A stretch of 64,000 bases of DNA, taken from positions 248,001-312,000 of the forward strand of contig OZ037844.1 in assembly GCA_964035575.1 (NCBI GenBank), given 5' to 3'. Positions 1 to 10,972 of the stretch are shown piece after piece (positions within the stretch are counted from its first letter, which is position 1; every line of letters begins with the position of its first letter). The translations under genes were made by a program, and so were the position numbers. The notes below the pieces were generated by a model that saw only the letters and a list, made by a program, of their open reading frames with translations, was not told the origin of the DNA and did not search any database. Source of the stretch: Rhynchopus sp. YZ270_cl-10. Lineage: Eukaryota.

Positions 1-39
1 CCCCCCCAACGAGCAAAAAAATTTTTGGGAATCACGGTT

Positions 40-800
40 TCCCCCCTAAGTTACAGGGGGGGCCCTGTACAGAGCCCGCGGACCTCCCCCGAAAATTAAT
101 TATGCACCCCCTTCCAACCCCCGTCCCGCCCAAAAAACAAAAAAAAAAAAAAACCTCTCCCGAGCTTTCTCCGTCCGCTGACAAGCTAGTCACAGGAAGA
201 AGAAGATCAAAACTCGGTCGAGCCCGGGCGCGCTTCGCGCGCCCGGGTCCCCACCCCAGCTCAAGTTGGGGGCCTCCGGCGGAATGTGAGAATTGCTCGG
301 TTATCCGACGGCGGAGTTCGGCACTTTATTGATATTTGCACCAGGCACACATGGTGCACGAATTATCAGTAACCTCAGTTTTTTTACAAAAGAAACGGCG
401 GTATGTCACCCAAAGGTTCCAAGCGAAGCCACGGTACGCAACATTTCAAAAAAATGCGCTTAAAATTGTACATTTTTACAGGCAAACAATGTCACGGGAA
501 TGGTGTGATGCAGGCTTGCGCCGCAGGCGCACGGTACGCTACTTTTTTCCTTTCGCCATGCTGCGTGCTTCCTTTTCCTTCGACGTTTGACCAATTGAGT
601 CCGGCTCGATGGTATCTCAAAAAATTCCCCATAATATGGGCCCCTCCTCCCCCCCAAAAAAAAATCCAAAACCCCCGTCCCTGGACGGGGGTTTGGGACG
701 GGGGTCGGTTTTTGGAAAATAATTGACCCCCGTCCGGGACGGGGTGAACGGGGGTGTTCCGCGGACTCTGGCCCTGTACAAAACCTAAGGGGGGGTCCGA
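40..800. mobile_element. Non-autonomous inverted-repeat element (may extend past the window start)
   Basis: ~40-100 (ccccctaag...cagagcccgcggacctcccccg) is an imperfect inverse of ~715-797. The internal ~215-590 is homologous to ~16670-17015. Confidence 0.5.
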
Positions 801-813
801 AAAAATTTTCCCA

Positions 814-1075
814 CCCACAAAAAATCAAAAAAAAAAAATTTTTTTTTCCGATTCTCGGGAGACTGTGCGTGCTGTGATGGGGTCATTTTGCGCTGAGAAA
901 TGAGTTTTTTTGGCCTAAAATGCATGTGTCAGTTTTTAGGTGAAAATACACCCAAAACTGACACATGCATTTTAGGCCAAAAAAACTCATTTCTCAGCGC
1001 AAAATGACCCCATCACAGCACACACAGTCTCCCGAGAATCGGAAAAAAAAATTTTTTTTTTCGATTTTTTGTGGG
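814..1075. repeat. Near-perfect ~260-bp palindrome (foldback/MITE-like)
   Basis: 814-~937 is the reverse complement of ~954-1075 with few mismatches. The loop is around ggtgaaaatacacc. Confidence 0.9.
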
Positions 1076-1741
1076 CAAAAATTGGTCAAAAAAAAATTTC
1101 CGACCCCAATTTGTACCGTTGAAAAAAAAAATATTCCATCCTAAGTAACAAAATTCCCGCCCCCAGACCCCCCCCCCCCCCCTAGGGGATACGACTCCAG
1201 CCATTTTGGCTGGGACCAAACGCACGGAAAATTCATTTGGCATTATCTGGCCATCTCCAAGGCAACTGCGGGTGAAAAACACCCTCAGAGTGGGTCACAG
1301 GGGGCCTGTGGGTCGAAAAACGACCCAGAAGCCACCCCAGAATACAAAAAAATGGAAAAAAATAGTGAAAAAACGGCTTTTTTCACGTTTTGGCCACTTT
1401 GGGCAAAATAGCGATTTTTCGAGAAAAAAATCAAAAACCGGGATATTTTTTGACATCACAAAGCCTCCTTTGGCACAAATATACCCCAAAAGTGGCCTGT
1501 GAGTCCATTCCAACCTGTTTTGGACATATTTGACACTTTTGGAAGTGTTTTTTTGGTGTTTTTAGGTCAAAAAAATGCCCAAGACGTCCCCAAGACACTT
1601 TGCACACCCCCTGTTACGGTCATATTTTTTTCGTTTTTTTGCCTGAAACCCCCAAAATACCCCTCCCGGACCCCACATAGTCCCGAATATCCATCACACA
1701 CCCACTCAGAGTGAGTAGAAGCACCCCAAAAAAAATATTTT

Positions 1742-3749
1742 TATGAGCTCCCCTTCGAGGAAAAGGCAGCAGCGAAGAAAACAGGGCGAAAGGGAGACGA
1801 CACAGTTCTTTTTTGTGTACATTGCCGTGGAGTGGTGCAACACGGTGAAAGTAGTACCGCCAAGGTACACGTCCAAAGCGACCGCCACAAAAATAATGAG
1901 CGTAGGGAGAAGAAGAAGAAGAAGAAGGCTGCAGCTCCAGTTGGTGACACGAAGGAGAAGCGGCAGCAGGTGTTGACGCCGGTGATGGGGTTGGCGGCGT
2001 TTGTCACAACATGGGCATTGGCTGTGCTGGTCTGCGGACTCACAGAACGCCAAGCCGACATTATGTCGCTGCCAGTGCGTCCCCTCTTCGGAGAGGACTT
2101 CCCAACCGGGAAAACGGTCCTGGGCCGCTCCACGAAGTTCGTGAAGGAGATCGAGGGTGTGCTACTGAAGTTGGTTGAAGGGAAACCAATCCCTCTCGGG
2201 ATAGATGGATCGGGTATGCTAATAAACAAATGACCACTATCCCAAAATTTTTATTGCAGGACAGAGACACCTGGGTTTTTCGACATTGTGCATTGTAGCG
2301 TTCGTTGCAGGCCAAGCCCTCCTCATTCATATGGACGTAAAAGATACTGGAGAAGTCCACTGTGGTCGAGATGTGAAGGATGCTATCAACACAGCTCGAA
2401 AAAAATTTAATATCGCGCATTCTCCCGTGGTTGCTGATTATGGATCGATAAATGTGGTAGGGTTGTCTGACGAGGAAGCCAGTTGGTGTTTTGGCCACGT
2501 GACAAATTCGGCACTGAAAGCACACGTAAAAATTAACTACCAGCTGTCATATGTTTTTTGTACAGCGTTTAGTCAGCTTTTCTCTTGTAAAAGCCGACGA
2601 GTGCGCTGGCTCAATTTCCAGGAATCTTCTGTCAGCAACGCGCGTGAGTCGGCGGCGGACACACAAGACACCAGGATTCGTTTGAAAGTCGCTGTGGAGA
2701 AAAAAAGTGTCAGGGGCATGCAACGTTTGCTTCCGGGGCCGAAAATAGATGATATTGAAGAGCTTCTGGCCAAAGCAAAGGAGGTGTTGAGCGAAACGAT
2801 CGATGTTGACGTTGAGAATGTTGATACGGCATCGCCGAAGACACCATCACTCACCAGCGACACCCGGTGGTTAGCCATGGCCGACCTTGCTATACACATT
2901 AGAGACAGACATCAACCCCTGGTATCTTTCCTCGATAGTGAAATGGGGAGAAAGAAAAAGAACCAGTCTCTCCTCTCCCTCGTTGAACTTGTCAAAACGG
3001 ACAGGTGGCAGGATCATGTACGCGAAGTGTCGGCATTTGCAAACGATATCGAACCTCTTCTTCCATTCCTCAGAAAGGTGCAAAATCCCGGCACCAAAAT
3101 TGCAGCGAGCTGGTGGTTTCCAGAGATTCAGAGGGTACTCACCAACAGCGACTACTCTGCGAATATGCGCGAGTGTTTATCAGCAGCATGGGCCGAGTAC
3201 AAGTCGAGAGACCGGTTTGAGAAGTTAATATTCTTTGACTGCAATGTCATCCTCTCCGGGGACTATGATGATGATGACCTGCCGACAGGGGAGCCACAGT
3301 GTCAGGACGCAGAGATGCAGAAATGGGGTGCTATTTTCTATGCTTTGCGCGAACCGACCGTGTGGAACGAATTCATCCTGTACCTCAACGCCGAAGCCCT
3401 TTTGTTTCAGGATGTTACTGACCTGTTCGAGTTCTGGAGTCCAAGAGGCAGTGGAGGGTTACGCTTCCCGAATTTAGCGCCACACGTCCATGGATGGCTT
3501 TCAACCCCGATCAGCGTAACCTCAGTTGATGGATTATTTTCTTCCTTAAGTGCAATGAAAAATAAACGCTCCTCGAATTTATCTAAGGAAAAGTTTATTG
3601 AGAAGCTGATGCTGCGGAAGAACGGCAAGCTCCTTGGATTGCTTCAGGACAAGAAGGGGCTCCTCGGCGAGGCGGTGGAGCAGTCGGAATCGTCAGATTC
3701 CGACTGTGAGCCTCTCGCCGAGGAGCTCGAGATGATACCAGTGTTCTAA
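1742..3749 (+). CDS. hAT-family DNA transposase, two exons (GT-AG intron 2214-2259); start codon unresolved
   Basis: Removing 2214-2259 (gtatgc...ttgcag) joins ORFs 1832-2233 and 2286-3749 in frame (LGIDGSGQRHLGFSTLCIVAF). Motifs: N-terminal CVHC...HVQSDRH zinc finger, IDG, ADYGS, CFGH (CxxH), DTRW, and the C-terminal dimerisation-like FPNLA...LSTPISVTSVDGLFS...RSSNLS. No in-frame ATG after the stop at 1712. Confidence 0.85.
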
Positions 3750-4095
3750 ATGCTGGTATCATCTCGAGCTGCTTTTTCATGAGCAAACAAAAAAAAAAAA
3801 CAAAAAAAAACCCCTCTTTGTTTGCACTACTCCTACTACTACTTCAATCTTAAGTCCACACCCACGTGGCGGACGCTTTGGCATGCGTCTGTAAGGACAG
3901 CCTTGATACTTTCTGTATTGCCTCTTTTCCATCAACAGTGCTTTTTGTGCTTTCAACTTCTCTTGTTTTTGCAAAGACACCGATCATCAAAAGACCCCCA
4001 CACCCACCCCCCAATACACGCGTTTCGCTACCTCATGTCCCCACCCACCCCCATCCAAACTCACTCACACCCTTTCTGCAGTCTAGATTCTGTGT

Positions 4096-4270
4096 ATTCG
4101 GATCCGAATATAGGGCGAATATGATATTCGGCCTATATTCGGATCCGAATATAGGCCGAATATGCATATTCGGCCTATATTCGGATCCGAATACGATATT
4201 CGGATCCGAATATAGGCCGAATATGGCCCAAGAATTTTGGATCCGAATATAGGCCGAATATCATATTCGC
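4096..4270. repeat. Cluster of palindromic TATTCGGATCCGAATA / TATTCGGCCTATA motifs (likely TE subterminal repeats)
   Basis: Directly visible repeated palindromes downstream of the transposase, just before a junction at ~4290. Confidence 0.75.
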
Positions 4271-4450
4271 TTTCTAGGTATGCCTAGGGGGGGGGGGGGA
4301 AGATAGCTTTTATTTATTATCGATGAACGTCAAAGGCTCATTCTGTGCTTTGTGAACTAAAAAACCACCCCCCTTCTAAAAACAAACAGGCGAGAAGAGA
4401 AGTTGAAAGTGTAAAACGTCTCACAGGGGGACACCGAAAAAATTGTAAAC

Positions 4451-5639
4451 GAGTCCTGCGCACGAGTCCTACGCATGAGTCCTACGCATGAGTCCTGCGC
4501 ATGAGTCCTACGCATGAGTCCTACGCATGAGTCCTACGCATGAGTCCTACGCATGAGTCCTACGCATGAGTCCTACGCATGAGTCCTACGCATGAGTCCT
4601 ACGCATGAGTCCTACGCATGAGTCCTGCGCATGAGTCCTACGCATGAGTCCTACGCATGAGTCCTACGCATGAGTCCTGCGCATGAGTCCTACGCATGAG
4701 TCCTACGCATGAGTCCTACGCATGAGTCCTACGCATGAGTCCTACGCATGAGTCCTACGCATGAGTCCTACGCATGAGTCCTACGCATGAGTCCTACGCA
4801 TGAGTCCTACGCATGAGTCCTGCGCATGAGTCCTACGCATGAGTCCTACGCATGAGTCCTACGCATGAGTCCTACGCATGAGTCCTACGCATGAGTCCTA
4901 CGCATGAGTCCTACGCATGAGTCCTACGCATGAGTCCTACGCATGAGTCCTGCGCATGAGTCCTACGCATGAGTCCTACGCATGAGTCCTACGCATGAGT
5001 CCTGCGCATGAGTCCTACGCATGAGTCCTACGCATGAGTCCTACGCATGAGTCCTACGCATGAGTCCTACGCATGAGTCCTACGCATGAGTCCTACGCAT
5101 GAGTCCTACGCATGAGTCCTACGCATGAGTCCTACGCATGAGTCCTACGCATGAGTCCTACGCATGAGTCCTGCGCATGAGTCCTACGCATGAGTCCTAC
5201 GCATGAGTCCTACGCATGAGTCCTACGCATGAGTCCTACGCATGAGTCCTACGCATGAGTCCTACGCATGAGTCCTACGCATGAGTCCTACGCATGAGTC
5301 CTACGCATGAGTCCTACGCATGAGTCCTACGCATGAGTCCTACGCATGAGTCCTACGCATGAGTCCTACGCATGAGTCCTACGCATGAGTCCTACGCATG
5401 AGTCCTACGCATGAGTCCTGCGCATGAGTCCTACGCATGAGTCCTACGCATGAGTCCTACGCATGAGTCCTACGCATGAGTCCTACGCATGAGTCCTACG
5501 CATGAGTCCTACGCATGAGTCCTACGCATGAGTCCTACGCATGAGTCCTACGCATGAGTCCTACGCATGAGTCCTACGCATGAGTCCTACGCATGAGTCC
5601 TACGCATGAGTCCTACGCATGAGTCCTACGCATGAGTCC
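4451..5639. repeat. 13-bp tandem satellite GAGTCCTACGCAT, about 90 copies, occasional GAGTCCTGCGCAT
   Basis: Direct reading of the sequence. Confidence 0.98.
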
Positions 5640-5883
5640 GTGCGAAGAATTCATCTCAGAACCGCAAAGGTGCGGAAACATCATCACTTCGGAACCGGGA
5701 ACAGAGAAACCGGTTCGGTGTCAACTATATTTCTTACCCTTGGTCCTTGTGTTCTTCGATTTTGACCAGTGCGAGGCGTCTTGTCGCCTTACCCGTGGGT
5801 GCACCCTTGTACCCCCTCTGACCGGGTGGGGTGAAGTACCTTCCTCTGACGTCTGCCCACCAAATGTGGTCGAGTCCACAGCA

Positions 5884-7236
5884 TCATTCTTCTGCACCGT
5901 GCTTGAGGAGAACCTGCTCCACATCTGCATGTTGTCTCTGCCTCGCATGGTGCAACGCAGTCCGGCCCAAAAAATCCCTGTGGTTCACATCCACCTCCCG
6001 TAATCCCACAAGATAGCGCACAGTCTTGGTGTGTCCATAAAAAGTCGCAACAATAAGGTATGCTGTGCTATCGTCGTCGTCACCCACACTCACGTCCACA
6101 CCCGCTTCCACCAACATCTGTACAATGCCGAGTTCCCCAATCTCACAAGCACAGTGAAGAGGTGCCCTTTCTAGGCTATTCTGTGCCTCAACATCTGCCC
6201 CTGCATCAATGAGCAGCTGCACCACTGAGTATTTCTGTGCCACTGCGTGGTGAAGTGCAGTGTTGCCCCTGTTATTTGACTGATTCACGTCCACATCAGG
6301 CATGCACAGAAGAGTACGCACAGTCTCGGTGTGTCCATTGGCAGCCGCAAGGGTAAGACACGTATCTCCGAAGTTTTCTGTGACACACACGTCCGCACCT
6401 GCTTTGACCAACACCTCCACAACCTGGAGATTCCCAAAATCGCTCGCCACGAGGATTGGAGAACGTCCGTTGTTGTGCTTAACCTCAATGTCTGCCCCTG
6501 CATCAATGAGCAGCTCCACCACATCTGCACCCGCTGTCTCAACTGCTGAGAGCAACGCGGTGTCGCCTATCTTATCCTTGTGATTCACGTCGACCTGCGG
6601 CAAACCCACAAGATAGCGCACAGTCTCGGTGTGTCCAAATCCTGCAGCAATCATAAGACATGTAAGTCCATTCTTTTCTGTAGCACTTACGTCCGCACCT
6701 GCTTCCACCAACATCTTCACAACTGCGAATGCTCCTGAACGGCAAGACCAGAGCAGAGGCGAACGTCCAATGTCGTCCCTTGTCTCGATGTCTGCCCCTG
6801 CATCAATGAGCACCTGACACACTGCAGGGTCCACCCACATGGCTGGACAGGGTCGGTCATTCTTGTGCTCCTGCCCGTGTGGGACAAACGCAACGTTGCT
6901 GCAGACTGACTTCCAACGCTGCAAGAGGACCTCCGTGCACGCAGTGTGGTCTGCGTGGATGCACTCACTCAGCAGCATCCCGAAGCCCATCTGCGTTGTC
7001 TCAACATACGGAAGAAGCAGTGCGAGGCATTCATCGTGGTTCCCTCTGCATGCCTCGTGCACAGCATCGAAGGCAACCGTTTTGCTGTCTGTGTCTGGGC
7101 TGAGCTTCTCAAGTCCCGCCCACACGGCAGTCGTGTCGCCGTTCCTGGCAGCCTCCACCAAGACCTCGTCTGCAGAAAGCGTTCTTCTCTTTGGTGCCTT
7201 CTCGTCAGGTGTGCTGTCTGCGTGTCGCTTAGACAT
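5884..7236 (-). CDS. Ankyrin-repeat family protein, copy A1 (450 aa from MSKRH)
   Basis: GRSPL / GxTCL..AA..GHTETVRYLV / GxTALH ankyrin repeats. Start placed at the ATG conserved across paralogues. Confidence 0.92.
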   Translation of the reverse strand: MSKRHADSTPDEKAPKRRTLSADEVLVEAARNGDTTAVWAGLEKLSPDTDSKTVAFDAVHEACRGNHDECLALLLPYVETTQMGFGMLLSECIHADHTACTEVLLQRWKSVCSNVAFVPHGQEHKNDRPCPAMWVDPAVCQVLIDAGADIETRDDIGRSPLLWSCRSGAFAVVKMLVEAGADVSATEKNGLTCLMIAAGFGHTETVRYLVGLPQVDVNHKDKIGDTALLSAVETAGADVVELLIDAGADIEVKHNNGRSPILVASDFGNLQVVEVLVKAGADVCVTENFGDTCLTLAAANGHTETVRTLLCMPDVDVNQSNNRGNTALHHAVAQKYSVVQLLIDAGADVEAQNSLERAPLHCACEIGELGIVQMLVEAGVDVSVGDDDDSTAYLIVATFYGHTKTVRYLVGLREVDVNHRDFLGRTALHHARQRQHADVEQVLLKHGAEE

Positions 7237-7409
7237 GGTTTGTGAAGATGTTGTATTCAATGTTGTGTCTTTTATGCTGTTTCTTTTTGTGGAGGTTGTG
7301 AGGTGAGTGGGTGTCCCTGAACTGCCTCCCACACCTGACAAGCACAGCCACAGTTGAAACGGGTGGTGTGGAAGTCTCCCTCCTGAGGGTGGTGGTGGGA
7401 ATCTATCTG

Positions 7410-7510
7410 CCTTGAGACGAGGAGGTGAGGGAGGGGGTCGGTAAGATAAAAACATCATTCAGTCGTGTTCATGTTCATAATGTGTTTGCATACCCCAACC
7501 CTCCCCACTC
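7410..7510 (-). promoter_or_regulatory. Conserved upstream pyrimidine tract plus AG, candidate trans-splice acceptor module
   Basis: Minus strand reads tttttatcttaccgaccccctccctcacctcctcgtctcaag. Recurs at ~13098, ~38930, ~45955, ~51350, ~53617 and ~55333. Confidence 0.4.
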
Positions 7511-8005
7511 AGTAAGATTATGAACGGGAAAGAGAATGCACGTTATGAACAAACCCCGTTCATATTGTGCGAAGAATTAGTTTGAAGCCGAATTTTGCAT
7601 TCGAAGTCGGTGGTCATCCTACTAAGTGTGCACGAGTCCCTCTCGCTTCTCTGAAGGTGGCCATTTGATACCTTCTGTGGTGTTCCTGGCACCCTGCTAT
7701 TTCGTAGCACGTTCGGTGCTTTTTGGGGTAAAATCACGAACACCATTCTACTGAAGCTTTTTTATACGAAAAATTCATATCAGAATCACAACGTTGGGGA
7801 ACCGGTCATTTCGGAACCGGGAACAGAGAAATCGGTTCGGTGTCAAATATATTTCTTACCCTTGGGGGTTCTTTCTTTGTCGTTTGACCAGTGCCAGGCG
7901 TCTCGTCGCACCTATCCCATGGGTGCACCCTTGTACCCCCTCTGACCGGGTAGGGTCCCTTCTTCTGAAGTCTGCCCACCAAATGTGGTAGACGCGTCCA
8001 CAGCA

Positions 8006-9673
8006 TCATTCTTCTGCACCGTGCTTGAGGAGAACCTGCTCCACATCTGCATGTTGTTTCTGCTTCGCATGGTGCAACGCAGCGTAGCCTCTATAATCCC
8101 TGTGGTTCACGTTGTTCAAGCCCACAAGATAGCGCACAGTCTCGGTGTGTCCATGATATGCCTTAACAACAAGATGTGTTGTAATATCGTTGTCGTCCAC
8201 CACACTCACGTCCACACCTGCTTCCAGCAACCTCCGCCCAATTTCGCGTTTTCCATCAGCACAGTGAAAGGTATGATGTCATCGATATCTGTTGCCTCAA
8301 CCGACTGCCCCTGTATCAATGAGCAGCTGCACAACATCTGAGTGCTTCTGTAACACTGCGAGACGCAGTGAAGTCTTGCCCCTGTTATTTGACTGATTCA
8401 CGTCCACTTCAGGCATGCACAGAAGAGTACGCACAGTCTCCGTGTGTCCTTTGGCAGCCGCAAGTGTAAGACACGTATCTCCTTTGTTGTCTGTGACACA
8501 CACATCCGCACCTGCTTTGAGCAACACCTCCACAACACGGAGATTCCCACACCGACTCGCCACGAGGAGTGGCGAACGTCTGTCACTGCGCTTAACCTCA
8601 ATGTCTGCCCCTGCATCAATGAGCACCTCCACCACATCTGCACCCGCCTTCTCAACTGCTGCAAGCAACGAGGTGTAGCCTTCCTTATCCTTGTGACTCA
8701 GGTCGACCTGCGGCAAACCCACAAGATAGCGCACAGTCTCGGTGTGTCCATGATATGCAGCAAGAATAAGAGATGTAGCTCCCTTGCTTGTCGTGGCACG
8801 CACTTCCGCACCTGCTTCCACCAACATCTTCACAATTGGCTGACTCCCTTTCTCGCAAGCATATATCAGAGGTGTCCTTGAGTGCTTGTCCCTTGTCTCG
8901 ATGTCTGCCCCTGCATCAATAAGAACCTTCACCACATCTGCGTGATTTTCATGTACTGCATCGAGCAACGCAGACGAGTCGCCATCACATTTGTGATTCA
9001 GCTTAACACCCTGCAAGCCCTCCAAACCCACAAGATAGCGCACAGTCTCGGTGTGTCCAAAAAATGCCGCAAGCAAAAGACATGTGCGTCCTTTGTTGCC
9101 TGTGACAAGCACGTCCGCACCTGCTTCAACCAACATCTTCACAACGTTGAGCTCGCCTGAAACGCTCGCCCTGAGCAGAGGCGAACGTCCGTTCTCATCC
9201 TTTGTCTCAATATCTGCCCCTGCATCAATGAGCACCTGAAACACTGCAGGGTCCGCCCACATGGCTGGACAGGGACGAGGTGTCGCACATAGGATGTCTG
9301 CCTCCTGACCGTGTGGGACAAACGCAACATTGCTGCAGACTGACTTCCAATGCTGCAAGAGGACCTCCGTGCACGCAGTGTGGTCTGAGTGGATGCACTC
9401 ACTCAGCAGCATCCCGAAGCCCATCTGCGTTGTCTCAACATACGGAAGAAGCAGTGCGAGGCATTCATCGTGGTTCCCTCTGCATGCCTCGTGCACAGCA
9501 TCGAAGGAAACCGTTTCGCTGTCTGTGTCTGGGCTGAGCTTCTCAAGTCCCGCCCGCACGGCAGTCGTGTCGCCGTTCCTGGCAGACTCCACCAAGACCT
9601 CGTCTGCAGAAAGCGTTCTTCTCTTTGGTGCCTTCTCGTCAGGTGTGCTGTCTGCGTGTTGCTCCTTCGACAT
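8006..9673 (-). CDS. Ankyrin family copy A2; ORF 8297-9673 with the C-terminal tail frameshifted (8006-8230)
   Basis: Family head and repeats present. The canonical ...VLLKHGAEE tail lies in another frame. Confidence 0.85.
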
Positions 9674-10972
9674 GGTTTGTGAAGATGTTGATATTCAATG
9701 TTGTGTCTTTTAATAAATTTTTATGCTGTTTCTTTTTGTGGAGGTTGTGAGGTGAGTGGTGGGTGTCCCTGAACTGCCTCCCACACCTGACAAGCACAGC
9801 CACAGTTGAAACGGGTGGTGTGGAAGTCTCCCTCCTGAGGGTGGTGGTGGGAATCTATCTGCCTTGAGACGAGGAGGTGGACGTTATCCAGGTGTGGAAA
9901 CCATGTGCATTGCCAAGCAGAGTTTACACAATCATTGACCCAAAAAAAGAGAATTCTGCAAAAGATCAAAGATGGACCCAAGCCTCATATGCATGGGGTA
10001 ACCTTTGGAAATAAAGTGTAGCTTTTCATGACAGAAAATACAGGCAGCACCAGTAACCCATGATACACGGGATAAAGAGGACCGTGCATGACTGTACGAT
10101 AACAGATAAACAGGGGGGAAAGATAGCTTTTATTACTTATCGACGAACCTCAAAGGCTCGTTCTGTGATTTGCGAACTAAAAAATCACATCCTTCGAACA
10201 ACAAACAGGAAAAAGAAAAGGCGAAGCACCACGTCATCACAAAGAGGCACCGTGCTGCTGCAAGACCCATGAGAGAAGATAGGACGGCTGTAACATCCTT
10301 TAGTTGGGTAAGCAGCCTCACCGAAGCCTTTGCTTTGCATGTTTAAGAGAAGGGGTAACACAGAGAAGAGTTGAGATGAACCTGAGCCAGCCTCTGTGCT
10401 TCGTCACCTCATAAAAGGGAAAGATGCAATAAAACAAACCGACAGTCAACAACACGTGTCGTGCAAAGTTCTTTTGTGCCGGGATGTGGTTTTGGATATG
10501 TGAAGCGCCTGTGACCCACCTGTCGCGCAAGATCATTCCCTCCCCCACCCAGCCCCCCTTCAACCCGGACCCCTTGTCTTTGCTTCCCCCCCTAGTTCAG
10601 ACGCAATGGCATCTTCCCCTTTCGTTCACTGATTAGTGGTGTCGCTCCGTAATATTTTACCATAATCTTCTATACCTCACCCCCCACCCTTTTGCTTTAA
10701 CCTTTCTCACACATCCGGCCCCCCCCGGCCCCTATCAAAAAAGGAAAAGAAGACTATCGCATCAGACAGCTGACTTAAAAAGAGATGTGGTTTTGGGGAG
10801 CCCTCTTTCGAGTCTCGACTAAGCGTGAAATGCAATTTCGATATTTTCAAAATCTTTTTCGAGATCTCGATTCTCCCCGTCAACAGTAGATAATGATTTC
10901 TTGTGTAGAATTCGAGAAGAAAATTAGAAAATAAAAATGTTTTTATGCTGGGTGGTGGGTACTGGCTCCCCT

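Noticed and set aside
2526..2572. Second intron in the transposase
   Set aside because: Candidate GT-AG lengths (40 or 47 nt) would break a frame that is already open.
4451..5639. CRISPR-like array
   Set aside because: Head-to-tail 13-mers with no unique spacers and no cas genes, in a eukaryotic context.
6839..7306. Recurrent antisense and alternative-frame ORFs over each ankyrin head
   Set aside because: They recur only because the DNA is duplicated. Their starts and ends vary and there is no independent coding evidence.
7237..7458. N-terminal extensions of A1, A11 and A13 in the ORF track
   Set aside because: Not conserved in frame across paralogues. The shared MSK ATG is the likelier start.
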